A DNA stretch of 64,000 bases from Nemertoderma westbladi. Lineage: Eukaryota; Animalia; Xenacoelomorpha. Positions 1-12,600 of this stretch are shown here, one piece after another (position 1 is the first letter of the stretch; the number at the start of each line of letters is the position of its first letter). The notes under the pieces were generated by a model, which was not told where the DNA came from, did no database searches, and saw only the letters and a list, made by a program, of their open reading frames with translations. The DNA is taken from NCBI GenBank assembly GCA_032718475.1, contig JAUCBJ010008720.1, positions 18,504 to 82,503 on the forward strand, given 5' to 3'. The translations under genes and the position numbers were made by a program.

Positions 1-1620
1 TTCCACAAATATGCTGGTACCAACAGAATAACTAACCTTGTTCGCTGTGAGATTCCACGACCGCGTCCTAGGCTTCAGTCTTGTTGCTGATTGCAAACCA
101 AACCCGTAGACCCACACAACAACATCAGAAGTTCCATCTCGCCATGTATCTCCAGATGGTATAAAATAATTAGGTGGTTATCCAACATACTGGTACTAAA
201 ACCCTAAATTTTATTATGTATAATTTTGGCCAAAACTGAATTCTCACAAACCTAGCTACTAATTTTGAATTTACTAATTTTACAATTTACCCTAACGGCC
301 CAACAAATTACTGCATTCTCTACGACTAGTGAACGAAATAAATAAAGGCTTATTACTGTTAAATATGTCACCCTGAGGACAGTCTACTGTTAAAAGCACC
401 CCAGGGTGGTCTTTCCTTCCGATATGTTTGTATTTTTGAAACAAATTTAATCAAGCTATAACACATCAAGCTAATCGTTATAATTTATAAACCAAACAGA
501 AATAACCAAAGCAATAAATCTGATTTGGCTTCCTAAGCTACTTAATATGAGGGCGGGTGACTTAGCACTCGGCGTTCACTTTCCACAGAGAAATACAGGT
601 AGTTTGCTTGGCGGAACAATGTCGAATGTGAGAATATTTTAATATGCAAAAGGTGGGGTATTAATTTCCCTAATGTCGAAACTTTGGCCTTGCACTGATT
701 TAATTCAGCGATATAACTACTGCGCTACCCTAGCTACCACTGTAAACCTGCTGACCCGCTACTTTCAAATAACCGCCTAGCGTCGAATATCCTAAAGTAT
801 TTCTAAACATAATCTAACCAATCTATTCTCCGCTATGCAGCGTACAAACTCTTAATTTTATTCTAAGTGCTAAAGTAAATTACAGTGTCTCGAATACACA
901 GAGTTGCATACTAATTACTAAGTATTCCAGAATGTGTATTACTAATTAATTTTACTATTAATAATTAATTTTAATAATTAGTTATAATAGCAATAGCCTA
1001 AATACTGTATTATTTGACCTAACAGCAATTAACAAGCATAAATTAGAAATAGAAACAATCAAGAAAATAGCGCCTATCTAAACATCACAATGGAGAATCA
1101 GGCACTTTCTAAAACAACACAACATAAAGCAGCGTTTACGACAGTAAACCACCAATACATTAACAGTGTTAGTGGCGGTTTGTAGCACTGGCGTAGCACT
1201 AGTATAATAAGCCAAGGCCACCCAAGCTAAATGCGGTCTTCCTAGCTAAACCCATTATAACAGTGCTACAGCCAAACAATACTGAGACAAAATCTTGTTC
1301 ACCAGCCCCCAAAAGCCGTAATGACGACCGGTCCCCGGTCCTCTACTTTGATTCACCAGACTACAACTACTGGCCCCTGCCAGCATTGCCGCACATTGGA
1401 TCCTCCACCTCTCCTTCCGTCGCTTCCACCGTGAGCCCGCGGTGCCTACCGATACCCTTAGCCCAACATGCTAAATTGAGCAATTACTGTATCAGCGCAA
1501 GCATTAGCAAACAGTCTGACAGTTGAAAGGGAAATCTTTGATTAGGATTTTATACAATGCAAGAATAAGAAATATTCAAGAGTCAGTTCAAGCAGTAATC
1601 GTTTATTCAAAAGTCATAAA
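1..1620 (-). repeat. Diverged copy of the non-coding region upstream of the BEL/Pao gag (paralog of 15714-17390); runs off the left edge
   Basis: Colinear blocks shared with 15714-17390, e.g. ttccacaaat..ggtaccaacagaa, tctcgccatgtatctccagatggtataaaataa, ttttggccaaaactgaattctcacaaacctagcta, aaacagtctgacagt. Many substitutions and indels. Right boundary approximate. Confidence 0.8.
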
Positions 1621-2445
1621 TCAAGCAACAGTAACAGCAGAAATCAGCAATTTTACAATCAAACGGAAGTACAAAATCATAAGAAGAATTATACAAATCT
1701 CAACAAAAAAACTGTAAGAATGACGCAATGTCTAATCCATTGGTCGAACAAAATCCTACTGCTATTAGATCAACCTAAATAGCTAAACCAATGAGAGAGC
1801 CGGATTATGGCTCTTCGCCTCTCGAAATCCCTAAACCAATACCATATATGGTAATGAATCTGTCTCGGTGGGCTTATAGCTCCATTGCCGTAATATTTAT
1901 TTGGCGAGTATTAAAGCATAATTTAGGCGTTAATTTAGTAACAACATTGATTTATAGAGAAATACAAATGAAATTAACACAAATACACATTAGATTCAAA
2001 TGATATCAAGAAACGGCAAATTCATATTCATGTTTTATAAAAGTTTGCCACTGTAAATTAATATGCTAAGGTTTTATTATAAAAATTACGTAAGTAGGGC
2101 TACATACTGTATAAATTGGTTGAATATAAATGAACTTGCATATTTTATTTTCCCTATCTAATTACGGTTGTCAATCAATACAACTTATCTAATTATTCTA
2201 TACTGTATGATGGGTTGTTTTAGTACACAACGCCATATATCGTAACACAGTAGTTTATTGAGCATAATCCTGGTAACATTATGGTCTATAAAGAATTAGC
2301 CAGACGCTTCCTAATTCCTTAGGAAGACATGATGGGTGCATTTGGTACATACAGGCTCCCACAAATTGATCACTATTACCACAATGTATTTTAATTGTAC
2401 ATACAGTACATTTACTAATTGATTTCATTGATTGATTGATATGAG

Positions 2446-3185
2446 ATGGCCAAGATGGACAAATTTGATACAAATGAAAACAATCGCTCAGGGGAAAAAG
2501 TGGAGCTGAAGAAGAAACTTGGTCTATTCAGTGGTATATCGCTGATTGTTGGAATTGTGATCGGATCTGGTATATTTATATCCCCAGTTGGTGTGATAAG
2601 ATACTCTGGCTCCATAGGATTATCATTAATTGTTTGGGCCATAGCTGGCGTATTCTCTGTGCTTGGTGTGCTCTCGTATACAGAACTCGCATGTGCTATT
2701 ATGAAGAGTGGTGGAGAATACTGTTACATTATGGAAGCTTATGGCCCCTTACCCGCTTTTCTATGTCTTTATATATATTTGGTGATAGCTGGCCCTGCCG
2801 GTGCTGCTATAGTATCGTTAACTTTCGCAAATTATGTCATCCAACCCTTCTTCTTTGACTGCAGTCATCCACAGGAGGCTTTGGGTTTACTCGCGGGTTT
2901 GTGTATCAGCTTCCTAAGCTTTGTTAATGCTGTTTCTGTTAAGTGGGCAGGTCGTGTACAAGTCATATTCACAGCAGCGAAACTCCTTGCTGTGTTTATC
3001 ATAATTATTCTTGGTATGTGGCAGTTGGTGATGGGTAAAACCGAACATCTGCAACCATCTACAGTGTTTGAGGGCAGCACCAGCAACATGGGAGATTTGT
3101 CCTTGGCAATATATTCTAGTCTATGGGCCTACTTTGGTTGGAATAATCTATCATTTGCTGTGGAAGAATTGAAAGACCCTTACAG
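2446..3185 (+). CDS. First coding exon of an SLC7 L-type amino acid transporter light chain (b0,+AT / y+LAT / LAT-like), covering about TM1-TM6
   Basis: Stop-free translation with family motifs LKKKLGLFSGISLIVG, IGSGIFISP, YTELAC..KSGGEY, LAIYSSLWAYFGWN and EELKDPYR. Similarity ends at TACAG|GTGTGT (donor GT at 3186). The tail of the ORF-track entry after that point is intron read-through. Confidence 0.93.
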
Positions 3186-3529
3186 GTGTGTAAACTTATT
3201 GCTAAATATGTGTTACAAGAATATGTTTACTATTACTATAATTACTATTAATCCAATAATCTAATATAAATTACAATAAAACATATATAACTGCTATGCA
3301 ACTATATAAATCAAAATAAATTATCCATTATACACATTTCCAAAAAGATGTGGGAGTTGGTTTTGTAACAGCCTTCACTTCAGCAAAGGATATGTCACCT
3401 ATGAGTACGGACTCCGACTGTTATTGTTCCACAAGGTAACCAGGCAATACCCTACCAGGTCAATGTCTAGAAGATACTATTCAAAGAGGGCTTTGAGCCA
3501 TTGACGTGATCATCTGGAAATTCAGCCTT

Positions 3530-3562
3530 ACTACTACTATCGGCATGCTGCATTCCAGCTGC
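3530..3562 (-). mobile_element. Tiny 3' tail remnant of the RTE-like LINE family seen at 46515-46815
   Basis: actactactatcggcatgctgcattccagct resembles actactactaggatcggcatgctgaattgcagct at about 46523-46557. Confidence 0.45.
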
Positions 3563-3579
3563 ATTATATATATTACATA

Positions 3580-4030
3580 GGTATCCCGTCATTAGTTCCA
3601 ATGTTCTTTAGTTCTGAATTAAAAAGTACTTTAGTTCTAAAGTTCAGTTCTCTAATCAGGCCGTCATTGTTCCAAACGCAAACGTCACTTATTCTAATAA
3701 CAAACGTCATTATTTCCAATGTACTTTAGTTAAAAGGTACTTTAGGTCTAATTCAAACGTCAGTTGTTCTAATCAGGGCGTCAGTAGTTCCAAACGCAAA
3801 CGTCATTAGTTCCAATGTACTTCACATTTTTAGTACTTCATGCAATTGCCGTATCCGTATGTACATACGCTTATGTGCGTATGTAATGGATTCCTATGGA
3901 GAATAATCCGGGGTCTAACTTTTCACCGTATCCGTATTCGTATCCGTATGCATTTGCCGTATCCGTATGTACATACGCGTAGCGTATGTACATATGTGAC
4001 GGATTCCTATGGAGGATAATCCGTATGTGA
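3580..4030. repeat. Degenerate short tandem repeats (aaacgtcattagttcc-type, then ccgtatccgtatgtacatacgc-type)
   Basis: Repeated motifs visible directly. ggattcctatgga occurs at about 3888 and 4001. Confidence 0.55.
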
Positions 4031-4445
4031 TTTTAGAGATTAGGCTTGCAGACCAGTAAGAAGTGCACAGCAAACTTGCAGACTGAAGACAGACAGACCT
4101 ACTTAAAAGCGATATGATTTAAAGAGTGCAGCTGCCGCTACCTAATGGCAAATAAACATTGTAGGTCCAGGATGAGTGACAGATGATGTGCTTCAGCCCC
4201 TTGATGTGCCACAGCGCTTGTTTTCTTGGACTAACTGAAACCTGGCTGCCCGATTGGACTTAGATTAATTACTGGCACCCGGTAGGACTCACTGACATAT
4301 GGTTTGACTAACTGGCACTAGGTTGGACTTGTTGGCACTTGGCTGCCTATGGTTAACTAAATACTGGTCCCGAAACAGCGAAAGTAAAGGTATATATTAT
4401 ATAGAATAATGTAGTATACTATATATATGTTAATACATTCACAAA

Positions 4446-5090
4446 GAAGAACACGTTCGTGGGGACTTCGCGCAGCACGTAGTCGGCAAGCCTTGGCATA
4501 CGGTTCATATAGAACAAATGGGGCATGTCTAGTTTGGACCCAATATCCCATGCTATAAATGTATTTATTCGATATACAATCATATGTTAATCCGCTAGGT
4601 GGTGTCAAATTGTTATTCTGCAATTTCTTACTTACCAGTGCAGCACTGTACAGCAGTACCGTACCGGTAGGCCTATGTCATTACTTCTGAGTCTCTAGCG
4701 GATCCCCAATTAAATGTCTTAACTTTTCAATTTCGTAAAAGATAGACTTCATAATTCTCTACAGGCCACCAAAATTTCAGCTCAGGAAAATGAGGCCTTC
4801 CCGAGAAATTTAACATTTTCTAAAAACCACATAATCTGTCGTAGCTGACGTCAGACTGCATGATTTTTCACCAAACTTTACAAACTTTCTAAACTTTCTC
4901 TCTACTACATACCTACTAAGTTTGGTTCAATTCCGAACCAGCGATGCAGAGAAATTCGCGTTCAAACATTTACCAGACAGACGGACAGACAGACAGACGG
5001 ACAGACAGACAGACGGACATGCCTCATTTGCCCTATATGAACCGTATGCCAAGGCTCGCCGACTACGTGTCTCGCCCCACAGACTGACAC
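4446..5090 (+). mobile_element. Non-autonomous Helentron/DINE-like (HINE-like) element with subterminal inverted repeats and a (GACA)n microsatellite
   Basis: 54-bp inverted arms at 4476-4529 and 5016-5069, (gaca)n at about 4975-5018, and the terminus acacgttcgtggggacttcgcgcagcacg shared with three other loci. Superfamily assignment is inference. Confidence 0.6.
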
Positions 5091-7861
5091 TTTTCAATAT
5101 CTGTGTGAATGTTCATTCCCTTAGCTGTTAGTGCCATAGACTGTAGCAACCAACAGAACATAACACAACACAATCCTGGATTCTATAGTCAGGTTGGGGG
5201 AAAAACAGTTCAAAAGTAAATCACGGTTGGCTGCTGGCTGCTGAGTTAGTTTTCCAAGCGGCGTCAAGAGGATAGGTACTGCACTGCTGGCGCATCCCAG
5301 GGCTGACGAGCACGGGCTGTCACTCATCCTGGACTTCACCTGCATCGTTTATTTGACAAATATGTAAATGATTTATTAAACATCTACAGATCATTTGATA
5401 GATCAAATCTAGAGTGCGCTGGTTCAATATGGGATAAATGCTCATTTGAGCTAAAAAATAATCTTGAGTTTCTTAACGGGGGGGTAGCGCATTTTCTGAC
5501 CAAAAAGACGAATTTTTGAAACATATCCTATCTGATGTAGAATTTCATGCTGAATCCAAATATGGAAACCGTTTTCCCATATCTTGCTTAGTTTTCTAGA
5601 TATCTGGGATAGAAGATACTGGCTCCGATATATCGCGATATCGGTAAAGGCGATGAAGTTTGGGGTTTGCATTCAATTTCTGCAAATTTATGTGCCCAGT
5701 GGTGCCAATTGGATGTCTCCACGAGAAAGAACACAAAATTTCAATTGAGAAGGTATTTTTTTATGATTATTGGAGCTACTTGTCACTTTATAAGACAAAT
5801 TCAATTCACCGGAATGAAGACAGGACTCGAATAAGCGACTTTCAAATTACTGTACATCTATAGACGGGTTCTAGAACGCGTCTATATGCAGCGTTTGGAA
5901 TTGTCTTGGGTTCACTTCTAATTTTTTAAAATTTTTAATTTTCCAAACAATTTATGAAAAAATTTAATTTTGTTTTGATACCCACCAGACAAATTCTCAA
6001 CGCAATTCACCACAAACCCGCTCCTATGCATTTCCGAGTATTTGCATTTGAGGAATGCATACGAAGTGAATTTGCGTTCTGACACTAATTTTGTTTTGAG
6101 GCAGAAGACAAATTATAGTCTCCTGTCTCGATGCATGTTTCTTCTAGTAACACGATATTCTGGACCAGCCTGTCCAAGGTGTGCAAACCCTGAGTTTTAA
6201 ACTTCTTTTTGTTCGGACATTTGCACCTTATTTTTACAGTGATGGTGCGTACTATATTTTGTACGTCCGGGTGTACGTGCAAGATTACACCAGTCTCCCA
6301 ATATTTTCTCTTGACAACTGGTACGGTTATTAGTACATAGTCTCCTCTTTGGAGGCTCCAAACTGTTTTGTACCACTTTGCTCTGGTGGATATTGTGGGA
6401 AGATAATATTCCCGCCAATATTTCCAGAATGTGTACACTATAAACTGGGTTATTTTCCAGCTTTTTCGACTATATAGGTCGGCACTATTGGGTTCTGATG
6501 CCGGCACAAGAAACGCTGGACTCTGCATAAGCAAATGATTTGGAGTTAGTGCAACACCGCCAGGCAACATAGCTATCGGCCTTGAGTTTAGAGTATGCTC
6601 GATTTCGATGAAAGCTGTTACCAGCTCGTCATCTGTCAGTTGCTTATTCACAGGCAACGTTTTCGCTATGGCCTGTTTTATGGAGCGAACCAAACGCTCC
6701 CAACTTCCTCCTCTCCAGGGACTTTCTGGGGTATTAAACCTCCACTCCACTCTTTGCGGCAAAAGTGCTGCAAAGATTTCTCTGTTCTGCGCCGCCCTGT
6801 GAGCCGCTTTCAACTCGCTATCCCCTCCGACAAAGTTTGTACCCTTGTCAGAGAAGAATGCCTTTACTAGTCCTCTCCTGGCCATAAATCTCTTTAAGGC
6901 CAGGAGCAGAGATTTGGTTGACATGTCTGCCACACGTTCTATATGTACGGCTCTACTAGCCATGCATATCAGTAGCAGGCCCCATCTCTTGTGGATCAGC
7001 CGTCCACTCTTTGCCTCAATCGGGCCAAAGCAGTAAAACCCCCGTATTTGTGAAGGGTGGGTCATATGCCTGCACTCTCGCTTCCGGGAGTTCAGCCATC
7101 TCCTGTTCCAATACTCTGGTGTTCACTCTCTTGCAAACCAGACAGGCGTCGTACGTAGTACCTACCGCCCTGCTTGGCTGCAACAGAATGAATCGCTGTC
7201 TCGCTGCCGACAAACAGTGTAACCTTACCGCATGATGCAGCCTCTTATGTATATCCCACAGAATCGCTTTTTGCAATTCTATTGGGTGACTAGGGATTAT
7301 CACTGGGAACCTAAACTGTGAGTTTATGTCGACAGTCTGGATTCTCGATCTATGACAAATCAAACCCTTATGGATTAATGGACTCCATTTTTTAAGGGGT
7401 TTATAGAGATTTTAAGGTTAGAGTTAGAGAGGTTTTAAAGGTTAGATTAGAGAGGTTTTAAATTAAAACATTTGAGACATTATCAAATGTGTGCCTTCCC
7501 AAAGGAATTCTATCTGTTATCGGTTCATTTGTTCTCCTAAACACTTTGTATGTTTCAAACAAAGGAACGAAACATATTGGCTTAACCACGCTGCTCTTTT
7601 ACAAATTGTCAGCCAAGAGGCGGGCGAATTTAGCAATTTGTCATAAATACTACGTGGCTCTAACGCCAGCGATGGTTGTCCACGAGCCAATGGAAGTTTC
7701 GAATCCAAACCCGCAGGTTTGGAAACCGAAGGCTCCATCTTGTCGGTCATTTTCTGTCTGTCACTTACTAATTGTGACCCTTGTGTAGTCTGTAAGGGTG
7801 GTTTTATGTCATAACTTACCCTTCCAGATCTTGTAGTCACATAAGTCTCTTGGTCTGACAG

Positions 7862-7950
7862 GTCTCCAGGCCGCTCCAATGACTCTTCAGGCCGCTCCAA
7901 TGACTCTTCAGGCCACTCCAATGACTCTTCAGGCCGCTCCAATGACTCTA
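7862..7950. repeat. In-frame 21-bp minisatellite (ESLERPE) in the BEL-1 RNaseH-integrase linker
   Basis: ggccgctccaatgactcttca, about 4 copies. Confidence 0.85.
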
Positions 7951-8786
7951 GTTTGGCTTTCGACTTAGACTTGGAAACTTTCTCCACTTTGACCTCTGCA
8001 TCTATCGGCATTGGATTGGTAACGATCTTCAGTCGCTTTGGCCAATGTTCCTGTGTCCTCGTTAGAAAATCCGGTCCATGTAACCAAAACTCCTGGGATT
8101 CTTCTTGACAGAATTCCGCCGGCATAGCACCTCTCAAAGTTATTTCGGCCGGGTTTAACACTGCCGGACAATGTCTCCATTGTTCCTTCGTCGAAAAGTC
8201 GACGATCTGGGCGTGTCTATTGGCTACAAATGTCTTTAGTGCAATATTGTCAGCTGCAATATACACTAGCACTAAGGATGCGTCCGTCCAATAGAATAAT
8301 GTCAAGGTCGTGTCTAACTCCTCTATTATCTGCTTACTTACCTCGACCGACACTACTGCCGCCTACAACTCTGCATGAGGGACCGTCATGTATTTGACCG
8401 GCATTGTCTTTGATCTAGAAGTCACAAAGGCCGTCTCAAACTTGTCCTGACTCACCTCTCGGCGAAGGTAGGCTACCATACCAAAGCCGGTGTCACTTGC
8501 GTCACTAAATAAGTGCAGTTGTAGATCAGCTGGAAATACCAGCTGATTCGGAAAGTAGGAGTGGGGTACATCTATATTTTTCAATAGATGCAACTCGGCT
8601 TCCCACTCTCTCTACTGCTTTGCATGTATAGGGGATATCGGCTCGTCCCACTCTAAGTCGTACAGCCAGATTTTCCTCATACATATGCGAGCCTGTAATA
8701 TTATAGGACTGATAAAGTTCATCGGGTCAAATAGTCTACTCATGGCCGATAAGCAGATTCTCTTAGTCAAAGTCTTGTCTGGGCTA

Positions 8787-9633
8787 TAGATAGATAGATT
8801 TATTTATACATTATGTAAAAACAATAACAAATACACCAAACAATGTACCGGTATAAAGGTATTGTCCAACATAACATATAGGATTACCCCTAAAGCTTTG
8901 CAGCTTATTTCCAAGGGGGTCCTTTATGTTACTTGGTTACAAATACAATATTACACTACGCTAACCTAAAACCAATATAAACGTAATTACACTATGTACA
9001 TGTACGTACAACTTTACCGAGAGCGTGACAATGTCCGACTCAACGATAAAGATGTAATGTACAGAACAATTTATTATAAAACATAATTACACTATAAATA
9101 GTAAATAATTAATAAACTAATAACTTACTGTAGGACTATTGTACCTATTTTTACATTGCACACGGAGGTGAGATTTAACTGCAGATTTAAAAGAATGTTG
9201 ATTATCTAGGTTTTTAATTTCATTAGGCAGAGCGTTCCAATTTTTAATGCCGTTAAAAAAGAAAGTATCAGATTCGAAGGATTTACAATTCGGGAGGTAG
9301 AAGTTTGAAGCACTAGCTCTGGTACTGTAAGAGTGTGAATCGCTTACTCTGTTAAATTTTTGTTTTAGGTAATTGGGACATTTACCATTATACACTTTAT
9401 GCACATGGTTAAGGCGTAGCTGCTTAACTCTACTATCTAAGTTAAGTAGTCCAGATTCAAAAAAGTCAGTGCCTAGCTGGTGCCTAGGTTTGTAGTCTTT
9501 AATAAATCGTACTACTTTATTCTGAGCTACTTGTAATTTACATTTAAGCTGTTTGGTTAAGCCTTCATACCAAGAAGAGCATGCATAGTCCATGTGACAC
9601 TGTATAGCTGACACGATAGCACCATGTGACACT
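8787..9633 (-). mobile_element. 5'-truncated CR1/L2-group LINE (family A) inserted into BEL-1 pol
   Basis: C-terminal ORF2 ([20 protein letters not shown]), 3' UTR and (TCTA)n tail. TSD ggcta at 8782-8786 and 9634-9638; removing the insert restores BEL FESSS-PDKTLTKR. Near-identical to 47687-48389 and 51405-51523. Confidence 0.92.
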
Positions 9634-12600
9634 GGCTACTGGATTCAAACCTAACTCTCACCTGGAATTTATCCGTATTTGGATTCCAACCAAGTCCCAG
9701 TACTCGCGCCATGGGGATGGGTTCTATACCCAATTCAATGTCTCCGCTCCCACGATCCTTCACTGGGAATGACTCTAATAAAGCCTCTGAATTAGTGGTG
9801 AACTTGGTCAGTGGAAAACCTCCCGTAGCCAAGCACTCCTGTAGGCAGTGAGCCACTTCTATGGCTTGTTCCGCTGTGTCCTTGGACACCAATCCGTCGT
9901 CCATGTAGAAGTTCCTCAAAATAGACTCGATTACGTCAACTGGATAATTTCCAATCGGGGCCGTCGCTGTTTTCTTTAAGACAAACAGCGTGCCATTGGG
10001 ACTGTTGCGGGCGCCGAATATCCTGACGTACATCTGGTATGTAACCACTAGGCTGGATAGGTCTTTATTCTCATACCAGAGAAATCGGAGACTATCCTGG
10101 TCAGCCTTGCAGGCTCTTACCTGGTGAAACATTGCCTCGATATCACAAGTAAACGCAAATTGGCACTGTCTAAAGTATAGCAGTATCCCTATTAGGTAAT
10201 TGTTGAGATTAGGACCATCCATCAATTCTGAATTCAGGGACATTCATTGACCACTCCGACCTTATTCGGTTTGTCGGGGTGAGTCACATAGTGGTGTGGG
10301 ATGAAATAAGTCTGATCCGTTACTAACTCGGGGTTCTCTACCTTCCCGGCAAATCCCTTTGTCAAATAGTTGTTAATTTGGGTGCAATACTTCTCCCTAA
10401 CATCTTGATTCTTTAGCAACCGAGCCCTTACTCCGTTCAATCTTTTCACAGCCAGGTTGTAATTGTTCTCCAACTTAGGGGATTGTCGACGCCACAACAT
10501 TCCAACTTCAAAGTGTCCTGTTGGTAACAGGCGTATGGTTTCTTCCATCATTTTTAGAGACCGCTTCTCATCAGTGGACATGGTTAAGTCATAACGACCG
10601 GGTTCCATTGCGTCCCTATCCAGCCATTCGACGGTTCTAGCTCCTGTCTCGAGGTCCTGGTGTATCAATTCCTTTTGTAACTCCTCTTCACTGAATTGGA
10701 AAATGTCGAGGTCTCGATATTTCGCCACCTGACCCTCCACTATATTGGTATAAGTCAAAACGTTACTCAAATAAGTGGCGTGGGCCACTGAACCAGACCC
10801 ACGGGTCTGATAACAGTAGTCCTCGGGTTCACTATCTGTCCGGTCGTTATAGAGTGGTTCCGACAATCTAACATTATCGGGAATCAACTCCTCGTCTGAC
10901 TCGCTAAAGTTGCTATAGTGGTCAATACAGGTTCTCCTAAACTCGTCTATGTCTGGTGGTTCTACTAACGGTGGTTGTGTTATAGGTTGTAATTCGTCGT
11001 GTCCATCCTTTGGCTTGTCGCCACCTGAAAACACATAGGACATGGGTACTCGTGTATACCAACCTAATATAGTCCTATGGGCATATGGCCCATTTACATA
11101 CGGCTCAGCTGGTCTTGTTTCCCATATTTGGTGTGCAATCAGCTGTTCCTCTCCAATTAACATAGACACATTCCTATAACCTACCTGGTGTCTCGGTATT
11201 CTGAGCTTGTCAAAATACTATTGTGCTATGGGACTCATCGGTAGCACCTTACCTAACTGCCTGCCAAACCCTTTCATAGCTAAACACTTAAATCCGTCCA
11301 ATGGCAACGCTCTCCGCTCTTGGCGAGTGTGCTCATCTCTCGGGAGTAGGGAGTCTAGTTCTACAGAAATTTTATGTCCCTTAACGTCTCCTACCCCATG
11401 CATAGATTTTAACTCTATTTTGATTTCCTCGACGTCCCGGAAGCTAGAAACGGCTCTCGCTACTTCTTCATCTATATAGGATAATGTGGACGCAGTGTCC
11501 AACATCACATATATTCTCTTCGACCCTTTGTCTCCTGTAAGTTTCACCGGTATCACGCTGAATATTTCTGATGTGTCCGATGACAGATACGTCTGCGCGC
11601 TGGTCGATGAGCCATCGGTGGTGAATCCCTGGCAGGTCACCTCCCTCGAGCTCGCTTCACCATCCTCGTCAGACGAATCTGGTTGATACCCATTGTCTTG
11701 GATGCCGGTGTACGTATTCTTCCTTATCGATACGGGATCTCTACTTCCCTTCCTTTGAGGATTCCTCTGTAAATAATGGTCCGTTGGGGTATGGAAGTCT
11801 GAATGTAGCAACTTGTGGTGTAGTCTGCCGCACTCGATGCATCCGTGCTTACTGTTCGGGCACTGGCGCCGTACGTGACCTAGAGCAAGACATGCCCAAC
11901 AGGTATCCAATGTCCGCACTTGAACTCTTCTCTGTTCCAAAGTTAATTCTTTGAACCATCTGCAATTGTCTAACTTATGGTCGTCTGATCTTACCTCTTT
12001 TAGTAGGCAGAATTGGCAACCTACAAATCCATCCGGCAACTCCTGTTGCTTCACCTTAGGTCGATCTGACCTCTCACCTGACCATTCTCGCGAGTCTGGT
12101 CTAAAGGCAGTGGTACTCGGATAGTATTTGTCTACTGAGTTAAACGTCACAGTGGTTCTGTCCTCATCAAAACTTACCATTGACTTACCGGTAACAGATT
12201 TAGACTCCCTCATATTTTCTTCTGAGAAATTTGACTTCATCTCTGCTACCGCATCTGTAGCTATCATGTCAAGGATATGTTGAAGCGTCAATACCTTGTC
12301 TTGACCATCCACTTTATTTTCAAATTTTCGCAATTTCTGTTGGTAATGCATGTTTAAACGTCTTATTATGCTCTTTAAAACTTCGGCGTGATCGCCATGG
12401 TGAGGCAGATTTACTGTCCTTTAGCTATCTAATGCGTTCGAAATGGCATTCATTAAGTTCAACCGCTCCAACGGAGTCGTAATCCTTCCGCCCTTACCCA
12501 AGTTTTCTACTATCGACTGTGCCATCTTGGTTTTATTCCCGTAGATGTCGCTAAGTGTCTTCATAGCTAGTTCAAACGCTCTTTCATTGCTGACAAAGCT

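Noticed and set aside
3186-3264. C-terminal tail of the 272-aa SLC7 ORF
   Set aside because: Intron read-through after the GT donor. No transporter similarity.
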